A DNA stretch of 63,773 nt, counting the filler, from Octopus bimaculoides (taxonomy: Eukaryota): assembly GCF_001194135.2 (NCBI RefSeq). It is 5 parts of 4 records of this genome, joined end to end, with 100 filler letters (N's around TTAATTAATTAA, not from the genome) between each part and the next. Parts side by side here need not be neighbours in the genome. Positions count along the whole stretch, not along the records: positions 1 to 11,591 come from NC_068982.1; positions 11,692 to 33,034 come from NC_068985.1; 3 more parts are not named here. One strand, written 5' to 3'. The notes beneath the pieces are model-generated. The model saw nothing but the letters and a program-made list of their open reading frames with translations, did no database searches and had not been told where the DNA came from. Shown piece by piece: positions 1 to 11,959 of this stretch. Both the position numbers and the translations under genes were made by a program. Position 1 is the stretch's first letter; each line of letters starts with the position of its first letter.

Positions 1-1
1 C

Positions 2-337
2 TCTTATCACCTTCCTCCCACAATATGTTGGAAGGAACAATATTAATTCCCCTTCTAGAGGCTGACTTGCAGCAATGCAAGCTTCTTCAGGGTTGTCAAA
101 AAGCAACCACACCGTTGCATATTTGACACCCCTGTACACAAAATAATTTTTAGCTGGCAAACATTTTGTCAGCTCTTTATTGATAATATCCCTATCGAAG
201 AGGGCAATGGCGTCACGCGACCTAGAATCGGTCCGTAGTACCACCGTCCTCCTCTCAAGGTCTTCAAGCCACTGCTTGGGTGAGACAATCTCCCACTCCA
301 AAGCAGTAGTCTTCCCTTTAAACTTTTTTCCTGCCAT
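2..337 (-). CDS. N-terminal 112 codons of a probable ORF1 (gag-like) of an L1/Tx1-like non-LTR retrotransposon; runs off the window edge
   Basis: ATG at 337-335, no stop down to base 2 (absent from ORF track because it has no stop): MAGKKFKGKTTALEWEIVSPKQWLEDLERRTVVLRTD...YRGVKYATVWLLFDNPEEACIAASQPLEGELILFLPTYCGRKVIR. The F..PEEA and P.Y.G pattern resembles Tx1/L1 ORF1; family call is by recognition only. Confidence 0.55.
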   Translation of the reverse strand, partial: MAGKKFKGKTTALEWEIVSPKQWLEDLERRTVVLRTDSRSRDAIALFDRDIINKELTKCLPAKNYFVYRGVKYATVWLLFDNPEEACIAASQPLEGELILFLPTYCGRKVIR

Positions 338-956
338 AAATAAAAGTTCTAATACGAAATAATTGTTCACAAAAGTCTCAAAATAATGACAGTTCAGAAA
401 AAAGAAATAGTTCAATAAAAAAACAAAAACAAAAACAGTTCAAAAAAAGGAGGAAGAGAAAAACAAGGAAAACAGTTCAAGGAAAATGTAAAGAAAAAGA
501 ATCCTCGGCAGGAACAAAATGGGCTACACCGTACTCCAGCCCTGGCTTGAACTGATATTCCGTTGCGGTTAAATAAACACACAAAAGTCCTGGTCCATAA
601 TCGGAGCGACCGAAGTGAGAAAAAAATCTTTAAATGGTTTCTGCTTGCTGAACTTGGTTATTTCATAGAAACGCCCACCAGTAGCCAGCCACACACACTA
701 TACCTGGAGCAGGCAACAATTCAATTTTCTCAAATTTTCAAATTTCCGACACCGCCAAACACAAGCGAAATGCCCCAGAGCTGGGCAGAATATACTGTAA
801 AAATAAAAACCCAATACTTCTACTCAGCTCACAAAAAAAAAAAAAAAAAAAAAAAACAAATTCGCTTACCCTGACGGTGTCCTCTGTTCCTTAGACGGAG
901 CTATGAGCTACACGTCTATCTTCTATGGTAACCGGAAGTAGACTGCCAACACAAAC
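338..956 (-). mobile_element. Probable 5' UTR of the same L1/Tx1-like element
   Basis: Non-repetitive segment between the ORF1 ATG and an abruptly truncated SINE head; includes a long A run (T run on the element strand). Confidence 0.4.
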
Positions 957-998
957 TTGGCAAGCAAGCTACTAACCACACAGCGACTCGTGTGCCTA
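957..998 (-). mobile_element. SINE family A head, truncated
   Basis: Reverse complement TAGGCACACGAGTCGCTGTGTGGTTAGTAGCTTGCTTGCCAA matches the head of the copy at 23946 (TAGGCGCAGGAGTGGCTGTGTGGTAAGTAGCTTGCTTACCAA). Confidence 0.75.
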
Positions 999-1026
999 AA
1001 TGTTTCGTGGCAACCTCCGGATGCCG

Positions 1027-1059
<33 letters not shown>

Positions 1060-1206
1060 CATACATACATATATATCTGTCTATCTATCTATCTATATAT
1101 ATACATAAGTTTAAAAAAAAAGACAAAAAAACAATAACAAAAAACAACAACGTGAGGATGTGATACGGATAGTGTTATTAGACCCTCGGGAAAGGAAAGA
1201 AAGAGA

Positions 1207-1241
1207 ATATGACGTTTCGGGCGGAGCCCTTCGTCGGAAAC
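1207..1241 (-). ncRNA. Minimal type-I hammerhead ribozyme motif (U4C core variant, stem I degenerate)
   Basis: Minus strand GUUU CCGACGA A GGGC-UCC-GCCC GAAA CGUC^AUAU: stem II GGGC/GCCC, palindromic ACGU stem III, GUC site. Confidence 0.65.
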
Positions 1242-1440
1242 AAGGAAAGTTCAAAGAATGGAAAAACGGAGGAAGAAAAAATCGGCACCGATGCCCACGA
1301 GGTTACATTGTGGAAGGCGGGTACAGGACGTCACAAACAGTGCAAATAACATGAAATACGTAAACAAACAAGGGAAAAACGAGTGAAATATGTAAACAAC
1401 GAGAAAAAATGGAAAACAGGACAATTAAACACAGAGAGAG

Positions 1441-1488
1441 GACCCTTCGTCAGCTGTTAGCTGTCTTTCTACTCTTCATTTCGAGCAT
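1441..1488 (-). ncRNA. 3' half of a permuted hammerhead (same family as 12048-12169)
   Basis: Minus strand AUGCUC GAAA UGAA GAGUAGAA AGACAG C UAACAG CUGACGA AGGGUC aligns to the 12048-12095 segment; 5' half replaced by (GT)n. Confidence 0.6.
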
Positions 1489-2289
1489 TCAATGATACAC
1501 ACACACACACACACTCACGCACATATATATATATATATGCTGAACACATTTCTGGCATTGTTAATTTTCATAATTTAAATAAGAATGAGCTAAGAATGAT
1601 AACTTATGGTGGCCAGTAGTAGAATTACCTAGGCAATAAATATATGATGTGTTCAACTCTTTTTCTATATGCCAGTACTCTTTGGACACTAGAGATATGT
1701 TAGGAGAATATTTGTACTGATGACGTCTGTTGTGGAAGAAATACGTGCCCACCATTCTCCTCTCATCTCCAGACAACATATCCATGCTTTTCCTTAACAG
1801 CACGTCAGTTTTTGAGAATTCCTCATTCATAATATTATCCTTCTGGATCTGGTCTCAATTTCCATATGATAGTTGTGACATATCCTCTAGAAGTGGAGAT
1901 AATTTTAATAAATCAAGAATTTATGTGCTATGGTATAACTGCATTTATGCATGTCGTTCATAAACATACCACTGGCTCTTTAGAGTAATTTCTCTTGGCC
2001 CATTTTTGATCATGTGTGTGTTTTTGTGCGAGTGTGTGTGTATAGTGACAATGTGTGTTACTAGATGGCACTTGGAATACGTTAGACGCTAGAGGGAAAT
2101 GCGAGGACTGGACAGTCTTCTATGTGGCGCTGTCATCAAGGCGCGGTTATTACTGTATTTAACTTCCAGAGTGGTTTCGACTAATAACTTAGATTATACT
2201 TTTGCTCATGTCTGCATTTACCGAATATTTTCAACTATTGGGTTACTTTGACAACTCTAATATTATTAGTCTTTTCTAAGCAGTGCATA

Positions 2290-2700
2290 AAATACAACTT
2301 TTGCTGCCATTTTGGTATAGACTGGAATTTTCCGGTACGTTCTATTCGAAACTCTTTTTTTTCAAAGAACTGATACAGTTGGGCAACTTAATCGTGTAAT
2401 GTTCCTCAAATCAGACAGTCAGCGATAGTATCGTTTCTTAAATTTCTCTTTGACCATACTCATATATTGCTTGCCGGTGCATCCACAGTTTTGATTTACG
2501 AGCTCACCATTTGTTTGCCTCTTCGGCATTGCAGGTTCTGTTAAGTTAGCAGACGTTGGTGTTATTGGAAGAACAATTTATCTCAAGCATGACTGTGGTT
2601 TTGTGCGATGTCATATTTTCCATGATTCAAACACCAGTGTAGTTAAACTTCAGTGTGTCTGTTAAATATATTCCTATACCTGTGGTTACCGGAGAGGGAA
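2290..2700 (-). mobile_element. Possible decayed Helitron helicase remnant
   Basis: Minus-strand translations across frameshifts give ANLTEP...NGELV and TRLSCP...RKIPV, weakly like LRNL...NGTRL and PRI.L.P...RQFPV. Heavily decayed. Confidence 0.25.
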
Positions 2701-4326
2701 GTGCTAATTTAATAAGTTAAAATAGATTTTAACTTTTTCTATGATTCTACATCGTGCATAACATAATAACGCCACACTTTCTTATCTTCTTACATTTGCC
2801 TGTAGGACTGTTCGCTCAATCAGAGCAACTTTGACTGAAAAAAGTATGACCACCATCACCAAAACAACAAGAACGGAAACAAAACAACTACAGGATCCTT
2901 TGTTATCAAGTTCAGTAGAGGATGAAAATTAGATCCTTAGCTTTCAAAATTTAAATCTAAACTATAAAAGAACACTTAAATGTTGTGAAGAAGTTATGTT
3001 CCTTGTTTTACCGTCTCTACCAAGTCTAGTGAATTCCTAACGGGGTCCAATACTGCAAATTTAAAAATAGTGAAATATGAATGTAAAATGTTCATACCTT
3101 GGATAAAGATACAAAGGCTATTGATCAAATGAAATGTCCGAACTTAATATCATAATGAACAGCGATCATCCCAGGCAGAAAGCACAGGCAGAGCTGAAGT
3201 TTTCATAGCATCAACATGATCTCAGGTTCGATTTCAATGCGTTGCCTTTTAGGCAAGTATCACCCATCATAAACTTGCGTGCACAGAGCCTTGTAGCCGA
3301 GATTTGGCAGACGGGAACTATCGGGAATTCCATCCTTGTTTTGATTTGGGCTGATAAACTAAATCCCTTCGCACAGCTTAACACACCGTGTGAACGTTGA
3401 GCCTCTTTGGAGGGGTCCACTACGTTACAATTGTAAACAGGCGAGCATCCAGAGAAAATTCAATCAATCTGAGGTGAGCAATTTGGCTGATTAGCACTTA
3501 CAGAAACACACCCGTTTATAGACTACGGTGGGATGCTAACTCCTCTATCTTTTTCATCACTACTATAATGACATCTGCTTCTCAGGTTTGGTTGGGTAGT
3601 ACCTCCACCTCTCAGGCACACCCGCACACCTATTTCCACTCGTGTCATTCTTGTTGTCTCTTACCCCTTTTCTCCGCACTGGCGAATATGGCTAGTCCTT
3701 CTTCGCCAGGACATCACTCCGCTGGAATTTTCTGATTCGTGTCTTTCCAACAAATATAGGCCTATAACAGCTTAAGCGGAACATTAACAGCGTTAACCTC
3801 TGTGGGCCAGCTAGGGCTTTGTTTCTTCCTCCACGCACAGCAAATTCAAAATTATGTTGGCGTCCAAATTTCCGTACCGAGCCACTTATAAGGTAATTGG
3901 GTTTGACGATAACAAAAGAAATAAAATATACCCTTGAGGTGATCGGTGGAGTCAATTGAAACGAATAGAGTTTATTCTATAATTGGTTTCATTGGAGTTA
4001 AGAATGAAGATTCTGTACGATCACTCGATCTTTTAGAAACGACAATCTTTCTTAAGTCATACCATAATGTCTTAAAAATCGGAGAACATACACTACAATG
4101 AAGTGCATGACATACAATAAGACATGATGGCCACGGCAAGCACGTCATTCACTACCCATCTGACCAATCAGAGCTAACCCAGGAATATACAACAGCAGCA
4201 ACAACAGTAACAATAGACGTAGCAAAGGTAGTAGTATCAATTAGTGATCATTGTATCGTTTCTGGGAGGGACCAATGGCAGAAGATTCCTCGATAGAAAC
4301 TAAACACAGAATTCAGGAGAGGAGAG

Positions 4327-4385
4327 GAGTGAGTGAATGAGTGAGTGAGTGAGTGAGTGAGTGAGTGAGTGAGTGAGTGAGTGAA

Positions 4386-4432
<47 letters not shown>
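4327..4432. repeat. Compound (GAGT)n(GATA)n microsatellite
   Basis: Seen directly. Confidence 0.95.
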
Positions 4433-4433
<1 letters not shown>

Positions 4434-4559
4434 GGAGCGAGCTAGATAGATATATACGGAGAGAAATAAAGCGACCAATATGGCGACGGAAGAGGAGAAA
4501 AATGAATATATTCGTAACTATTCAGTGCAAAATGTGTAAAACCATATTGTCTGGTGGTT

Positions 4560-5070
4560 CTAATACCATTTCTGTGCAATTCCACCGCTGAACATAACAC
4601 GGAAATTAATAATAATAGCATTTGTACAGTAGAGAATAACGGCGTGAAAACAGTTACAGCAATGATGATGACGATGCTGATGCTGATAATGCTGATGACG
4701 ACTACAACGAGGAAGAGGAAGGGGAGGGGGAGGAGAACAGATAGCGAAAGTGGAGGAGAAGGACATCTACAATATGACGATGGCGATTATAACGACGATG
4801 ATGATAATGATTGTGATGGTGACGTCAATGATGTTGATGATGATGCGAATGATATGTGGCGATAACGGTAATGAAAATGATAATGTTGACGATTATGATG
4901 ATGATCATCGTTATGATAATCATAATAGATGGTGGTGGGGTAGTTCAAGAGGAAGTCGTGTGTGTGAGCGCGCGTGTGTATGTATGTGTGTCTGTATATA
5001 TGTATAGATGTTTGTATAAATATGAATATATATATGTATGTATATACGCATGTGTATATATACATGTATA

Positions 5071-5143
<73 letters not shown>

Positions 5144-5530
5144 GATATGTATATATGTTTGAGTGCGTGCATATATGAATATATATATGTATATGTGCAT
5201 GTATATGTGTATATGTATGTATATATGTATATATATACATATGTATATCACATGCGTGTGTACTTGTGTGTGTGTGTGTGTGTGTGAGTGTGTGCGTGTG
5301 TGTATGTGTATGTGTGTGTGTGTGTGTGTGGTGTATGTGTGTACGTGTGTGTGCATGTACGTGCGGGTAAATGCGAGGTCTTCGAGAGCAGAAGAAAGGT
5401 GAAAAAAAAAAAGAGAAAAGCGGAGGAGGGCGCCGCTAATGATGAGAGTGACGACGACGATAATAGCGTTAGTGCGGCAAAGAAAAAGAAGAAGAAAAAG
5501 AAGAATATAATAATGATGATGGTTTGTGAA
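4560..5530. repeat. Low-complexity block: (ATG/GAC)n-like, (TA)n, (TG)n, (AAG)n
   Basis: Seen directly; source of the many YI/HT/CV-repeat ORFs. Confidence 0.9.
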
Positions 5531-5786
5531 GCGGCGGCCCTGGCCGAGTACAGTACTATTATTTCGTGATTACATTTCTGAGTAAGGCGCCAAATGTACG
5601 CAATGGAGAAAGTAATTGGAGTTTTTGGCATTTACAGAACACAGCCAGACTGTCCGTTAATCTCTACGTTGTCTGTATGTGTGTATGTGTGCATGCATGC
5701 ATGTATGTATGTATGTATGTATGTATGTATGTATGCATGTATGTATGTATGTATGTATGTATATATATATATATATATGCCCATAA

Positions 5787-5818
<32 letters not shown>

Positions 5819-6352
5819 TTATATATATATATNNNNNNNNNNNNNNNNNNNNNNNNNNNNNNNNNNNNNNNNNNNNNNNNNNNNNNNNNNNNNNNNNNNN
5901 NNNNNNNNNNNNNNNNNNNNNNNNNNNNNNNNNNNNNNNNNNNNNNNNNNNNNNNNNNNNNNNNNNNNNNNNNNNNNNNNNNNNNNNNNNNNNNNNNNNN
6001 NNNNNNNNNNNNNNNNNNNNNNNNNNNNNNNNNNNNNNNNNNNNNNNNNNNNNNNNNNNNNNNNNNNNNNNNNNNNNNNNNNNNNNNNNNNNNNNNNNNN
6101 NNNNNNNNNNNNNNNNNNNNNNNNNNNNNNNNNNNNNNNNNNNNNNNNNNNNNNNNNNNNNNNNNNNNNNNNNNNNNNNNNNNNNNNNNNNNNNNNNNNN
6201 NNNNNNNNNNNNNNNNNNNNNNNNNNNNNNNNNNNNNNNNNNNNNNNNNNNNNNNNNNNNNNNNNNNNNNNNNNNNNNNNNNNNNNNNNNNNNNNNNNNN
6301 NNNNNNNNNNNNNNNNNNNNNNNNNNNNNNNNNNNNNNNNNNNNNNNNNNNN

Positions 6353-6395
<43 letters not shown>

Positions 6396-6719
6396 GCATA
6401 TACATTCATACATTCATACATGTATATATATATATATATATAGACGTAAACGTGGCTCTCTGCTAAGATGTTTGCTTCTCATCTGCATGGTTTCAGGCCC
6501 AATCCGACTGAGTAGCGCCTTGTGCACGTGTCTCCTCTATAGACCTGGAACTGCCAAAACTTTGTGAGTGGATTTGGTGGACAACAACTGAAAGAGGCCT
6601 GTCGTATACATAATTATATTTATATACATATACTTGTGTGTGTCTTTATGTCTGTTGTCCCTTACCATTGCTTGACAATCGTTGCAACTTTAGTGGTTTG
6701 GAAATAACCGCTGTCTAAT

Positions 6720-6801
<82 letters not shown>
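6720..6801. repeat. (ATAG)n microsatellite
   Basis: Seen directly. Confidence 0.95.
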
Positions 6802-7158
6802 GTGTTGCTAAACACTCAACGTTCTTTAGTACAAGAGCGGCTGATGAAGTGAAGTATAATCCCATTGTTTGGAAGGTGGATTGATTTGTAGGAAGATACC
6901 TCTCCACTGAAAAATATGCCCCGCTTGTTCTCACACACGTTGCTCGTTAATTTGTAAATGAGTTAATTAAATGAAAAATGAAATATAACCAGCGTGTGTT
7001 TTTGTTGGCAGAGCGTCTTTCTGCAAATACAGAATTGAGCTGACGTACAGGTCTGATTGACGTGGAGTAACTAAGGATTCTGTAATAATGAATTACGTGT
7101 AGTAATGAAGTCGGCATTCCGCAACGCTTCTTAAAGCCAACAATTTGTCTGATGTGTG

Positions 7159-7190
<32 letters not shown>

Positions 7191-7593
7191 TGTATGTATG
7201 CATGTTTTACAGTAGACCCTTCTCCGAAACTCCTAGCCTTGTGCCGAAATTTGAAACCAATTTAGAGTAAATTTTGTCCGGTAGAAAAGAATCTTGTTCT
7301 AACAATTATCCTATAAATCTTAAAAAATTCTTTCAGATTTTTATCATCCAAGATATTGCGATTGTTTGCAGCGTATGAATTACGGATTTGCATTCTCTCC
7401 CGGAGATCCCAAGTTCACCCATACTTTGCTTCACACGGGTTGGTATGTATCCTATTGCTCCAATGATGTATGTATGTATGTATGTATGTATGTATGTATG
7501 TATGTAGGCATGTATGTATGTGTGTGTGTGTTTGTGTGTGTGTTGTGTGTGTGTATGTGTGTGTTTGTGTGTGTGTGTGTGTATGTGTGTGTA

Positions 7594-7633
<40 letters not shown>

Positions 7634-7974
7634 CATTTGATGCGTGAATGAATGCCTGCTTCCCATCTCGTTCGTCGATGCTAGTCATCGCATGCTTCAT
7701 TAAACACACTTCAACTCACTGAGAGATCCGACAGCTACCTTCACAATTAATTTTCCCCCTCCTGTCGAAGCATTTTATAGAGATATGGTCTCGGTGAGTT
7801 TTACATCTTCTTGAAGCCATAAATGAATGATGGACCTTCAGTTGAAGCCAAGGATGAACGTGTTTTTTCCACGAGAATATGTCAAGTATCTCCATTAATG
7901 ACGTCCATGCCCTCAAAATCTTTTTTATCTGCTCATGATATAACCACGTGTTGAGCTTTTCATATTTTTTCATA

Positions 7975-8300
7975 TTAATTCCGCTGAGGTCAACTTTGCT
8001 TTTCATCGTTTCAGGGCCAATAAAATAAGCACCAGCCGTACACTGGGGTCAATCGTATCGACTTAATCAACCTCCAGCAAAATTGCTGGATTTGTACCAA
8101 AAATTTGAAACAATTATTTGTTTATATTTATATACGACAGTGAATTGGGAGAATCGTTAAAGCGTCAGCCAAAATGTATTGTAATTTTGGGCACTATGTC
8201 CTGAGTTCAAATCACGTCGACGTCAACTTTCCTTCTTATAAGTCGATTTGAGACTGATTCAGCCAACTAACCCCTCCCTCTACCATTGCCAGCGTTAGAA
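7975..8300 (+). mobile_element. Two degenerate SINE family B copies
   Basis: AATTCCGCTGAGGTCAACTTTGC...AATAAGCACCAG...CTGGGGTCAATC and GAGTTCAAATCACGTCGACGTCAACTTT match the family B core at 42275-42480. Confidence 0.7.
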
Positions 8301-8980
8301 AGAATATTCATTCCTTTATAAAGGAGTCAACGAAGACATCTTTAGATGGTAGATCGATTTTGTTGAAATAGCCACCAATTTACCTACAAAACATAACCTA
8401 CTTAAAAAAAAAAGAATGAAACTTGTAATGAAGCTTGTCTACTCAAGCAGAGCTGAATTGGGGAACAAAAGTAACAGCAACAACAACACCGTTTTCTAAC
8501 TTATTGTCTCTTGTACGACGTTGTCCTTCGTATTACACTTCTTCGAGGAGAATGGACAATTTCTAATTGTGGCATACAATTGGTTCCAGGTGCTAGATTA
8601 ATGGTGAATGGATGGAATATTAGTGGGAATGGTATTCACTGGAGGTTGTCAAAGTGCATGATTCTCTTTAGTATTCTTATGAAGAATACTGCTGTGTGTG
8701 TGTGTGTGTGTTGGTTGGTTGCTGGCAGCGCAAGCACTCATTAGATGAAATATCAGTGTTTTGGAAGCACTCCTCTTGTGCACCAAACATTCGAAGTATT
8801 CAGACTCCAGTGGATGTCTTGCAGACAATCCTAAGATGTTCGGAATGGCAAACAAATAGGTTATTGTTGAGACAGTATAAAAGCTAAAAGATATTACAAT
8901 TTCAAAGGTGTACAACGCATAACTGCAAATTCACGACAGTCGCACACACACACACGTACACACACACACACACACACACA

Positions 8981-9043
<63 letters not shown>

Positions 9044-9436
9044 TTGCAGGAACAAACTGGCCAATGCCGAAAGAGATTTCCAATAAGACGGATTAATGAT
9101 GGATTTAATCTGATAAATAAATGAATCTGGCGGAAAGAAAATGGAAGAAAATAATGAATTATTAGTTATTTAGGTGAGGGGAAGAGGTGCGAGTGACTGG
9201 CTGCATTTTCACACCTTGAATTATTTGTACCCGCGGTTGTGCCTGCAAGTATTGGAATTCTGAAAACGCAGGCAGAAGCTAAATACTTTTATGTATTTAG
9301 TACTGCATTTAACTGTTGATGAAAGCTTTAAAATCAATGATGATGATGTTGATGATGATGTTGATGATGATGACAACGATGATAACAACCGTTATAATAA
9401 CAATATGCGTTTTATCGCTCTCTTCATCGTCTAGGG

Positions 9437-9726
9437 CAGTGGTTCTCAATCAGGGTACATATAAGATTCTTGGATGCCCACGCAAGCAAAATAGTTATTT
9501 GAAAATCTACAGCATTATGTTAAGGATCCATGAAAAATATATTTGCTTTAGATGTATTTGTTGTAAGAAACAGCTAAGCTTCTTTCTCTAACGCATAGTT
9601 TAACTTGTTTCTTACTGACGTATGCATGTGAACTTGTGAAAAACAAAACAGGTTATGAGGGTCACCAGAATAAAATAGTAATTAAGGGGGTCCACAGGTG
9701 AAAAAAAAAAAGGTTGAGTACCACTA
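9437..9726. mobile_element. hAT (Charlie-like) MITE
   Basis: Left TIR CAGTGGTTCTCAA, right end TTGAGTACCACTA; left 8-bp flank GTCTAGGG fits the NTCTAGRN Charlie target, right flank is degenerate. Confidence 0.7.
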
Positions 9727-10404
9727 TCTTTAGTTTCACTTTGAAAGCAAATTAATATCTGAGGTTTTATAAATGTAGAGCAGTTCAACCTTCCACTTTG
9801 TTCACCTATAGACAAACACAAATATTTAAGGCAATAAGCCGTAATTTTGCTATGTATATCTTTTCTTAACGGTATTGGCTCACCATGAATTTAAAATAAA
9901 GGGCAATTGCAAAGAAATTACACAACATACCACACAACTAATCAAGATAGAAATATATTAGTAGATAATACATACATAGTTAATAGAATCTATTGGAGAA
10001 AAAGACGAGATTAGCTATGGAAGCAATAATTATATGTCCACACAAGGCTACTATTAACATACAAATATACGTCACAAACAAAATAAGCGCATCACCGATG
10101 TGTAACTGTGACTGTAAAAATACGAACCGATAACGTGGAACGATAATGGGGAAAATTATGTATCTGATGAACTGTAAAGCCCTAATAGTTAAATTCTGGC
10201 TGTAGAAATCGGCATAAAACAAAATTCTGGCTCAAAGGTTTGTATAACCAAACCCGTCCACTTCAAAAAGGGGGCGTATAGAAGTCGCCAGCACTCCATA
10301 TCCTGAAGTTTAATGGTTATGATACACAGAGGTTATGATACACAGATACGAAAAAAGTAACACAATAAAATCGAAAACATCTGAACATAGTATATTTTCA
10401 ATGT

Positions 10405-10407
10405 AAT

Positions 10408-10446
<39 letters not shown>

Positions 10447-10449
10447 AAC

Positions 10450-10513
<64 letters not shown>
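10405..10513. repeat. (AAC)n(AAT)n microsatellite
   Basis: Seen directly; abuts the 5' end of the R4/Dong fragment. Confidence 0.95.
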
Positions 10514-10517
<4 letters not shown>

Positions 10518-10519
10518 TA

Positions 10520-11354
10520 CACAGTCAATTCCATGTTGCCACAACAGAAGTTGCTGGAAAAATAGGCGGAATTGGCTGATGAAAGGAACCCTAAAAGAAA
10601 AAAAAAGAATCCGAGAGCACTATACTGGCAGCGCAAGACGAAGCTTTGGCCACGAATTGGAGGGTCAACCTTAGGAATGAGTAAGTTTCCCTGCTGTGCC
10701 GCATCTGCAATAGAATGGATGAAACCATTGCCCATATCACGAACGAATCCCCTAGACTTGCCCAAAACCATTACAAGGTGTGGAGACACGACTAGGTAGC
10801 GAAAGTGCTACATTGGAAACTGTACGAAAAGTGGAGGCTAAAGAGAGGCAAGACATGGTATGAATACAAACCGCAAGTAGTGGCGGAGTCGGAGACCAGC
10901 AAAATCCTCACGAATTTCCCAATGCAAACAGAAGAGGTACTAGAGTATAACAGACCGCACCTAGTCGTGTTCGACAAGGTACACCACATAGTTGATGTTG
11001 CATGTCCCTTTGACCCAGGAATAGTCAAGAAGGAAGGTGAAAAGATAGATGCATTCAACTCTCTTAAATACGAAATAGCCCTGCGATGGAAAATGAAGAA
11101 GGTGACGATAGTGTCAATTATTGTTGGGTCCTGGGGAACAGTATCAGAAGGCATCAAGAGAAATATAAAGGAAACTGGAATAGAGTGCCCAGTAGAACTG
11201 TTACAAAAGGTTTGCCTCCTTGGTATGGTCAGAATAATGAGGAAAGTATTAGATAGCGGAAAAGAACGAATAGCATGGTTCCGTAGGCTGCAGGTAGTAA
11301 GCCCGTTATGCATGCAAGACTCCAGGAGCTCCAACAAAACCCGTGGATAAAGAG
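10520..11354 (+). mobile_element. 5'-truncated R4/Dong-type non-LTR retrotransposon (zinc knuckle plus restriction-like endonuclease, 3' UTR)
   Basis: One frame with two stops: ESTILAAQDEALATNWR...CRICNRMDETIAHITNES..AQNHYKVWRHD*VAKVLHWKLYEKW...NRPHLVVFD...VDVACPFD..KEGEKI..LKYEIALRW..IIVGSWG..LQKVCLLGMVRIMRKVL; followed by an (AAT)n tail at 11355-11413. Confidence 0.9.
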
Positions 11355-11412
<58 letters not shown>

Positions 11413-11414
<2 letters not shown>

Positions 11415-11591
11415 GCAGACAGTGCTACAGCTCCAAACAAAAGAGGGACTTGTGAAAACGAAAGCCATCCCCATTAGAAGAGGAATATTCCAGGGAGACA
11501 CGCTCTCTCCACTCCTGTTCTGCCTGGCACTCACACCTTTAACAGAATTGCTAAATAGAACTGGATGCGGTTACAAATGCTATGGAAAAAC
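11413..11591 (+). mobile_element. Second R4/Dong-type fragment (RT domain), cut by an artificial join
   Basis: WQTVLQL...IPIRRGIFQGDTLSPLLFCLALTPLTELLNRTGCGY; the GIFQGD.LSPLLF motif is typical of this clade. Confidence 0.9.
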
Positions 11592-11691
11592 NNNNNNNNN
11601 NNNNNNNNNNNNNNNNNNNNNNNNNNNNNNNNNNNTTAATTAATTAANNNNNNNNNNNNNNNNNNNNNNNNNNNNNNNNNNNNNNNNNNNN
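11592..11691. other. Artificial scaffold spacer N44-TTAATTAATTAA-N44 (also 33035-33134, 51843-51942, 59074-59173)
   Basis: Identical 100-bp layout four times; the 12-mer has stops in all six frames. Confidence 0.95.
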
Positions 11692-11692
11692 C

Positions 11693-11926
11693 CTCAAAAT
11701 CAATGCATTGAAGATACTTTATTGCAGCAACAATTATAATAACAGAAACAACCACAACAATCCAAACCTATGCACATTTCAATAGGGTATCCCGGATAAA
11801 TAAACCACATCATAAGATGTCTCGTAAAACTCAAACTTGAAATGTGCATAGGTTTGGATTGTTGTGGTTGTTTCTGTTATTATAATTGTTGCTGCAATAA
11901 AGTATCTTCAGTGCATTGATTTTGAG
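11693..11926. repeat. Inverted repeat, 90-bp arms (11693-11782 and 11837-11926), 54-nt spacer, one mismatch
   Basis: Arms read as reverse complements base by base. Confidence 0.95.
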
Positions 11927-11959
11927 CTCTATCTTTTTAAGAGACATATATATATATGA

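Larger units (their letters stand above)
1140..1490 (-). mobile_element. Penelope-like terminal-repeat relic carrying two hammerhead motifs
   Basis: Contains the HHR motifs listed below; similar to 11960-12300, 32000-32160, 35520-35680 and 60250-60400. No ORF seen, so the PLE assignment is inferred from the HHR type. Confidence 0.55.

Noticed and set aside
1561-1963. 89-aa ORF as an LTR integrase or host exon
   Set aside because: Only a vague resemblance; no diagnostic motif or splice support.
4787-6567. Long ORFs rich in YI, HT, CV or X (also 15953-16961, 20982-23171, 25860-26550, 34434-37021, 52524-53090)
   Set aside because: Translations of dinucleotide repeats or N gaps.
6830-6860. Isolated CTGATGA motifs (also about 10166 and 10576)
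   Set aside because: No matching GAAA or stems; 10576 is coding sequence of the Dong fragment.
10310-11534. Minus-strand ORFs of 101-181 aa
   Set aside because: Antisense to the R4/Dong fragment or to microsatellites.
11636-11647. Recurring TTAATTAATTAA palindrome
   Set aside because: Always centred in N44/N44; an assembly spacer, not biological.
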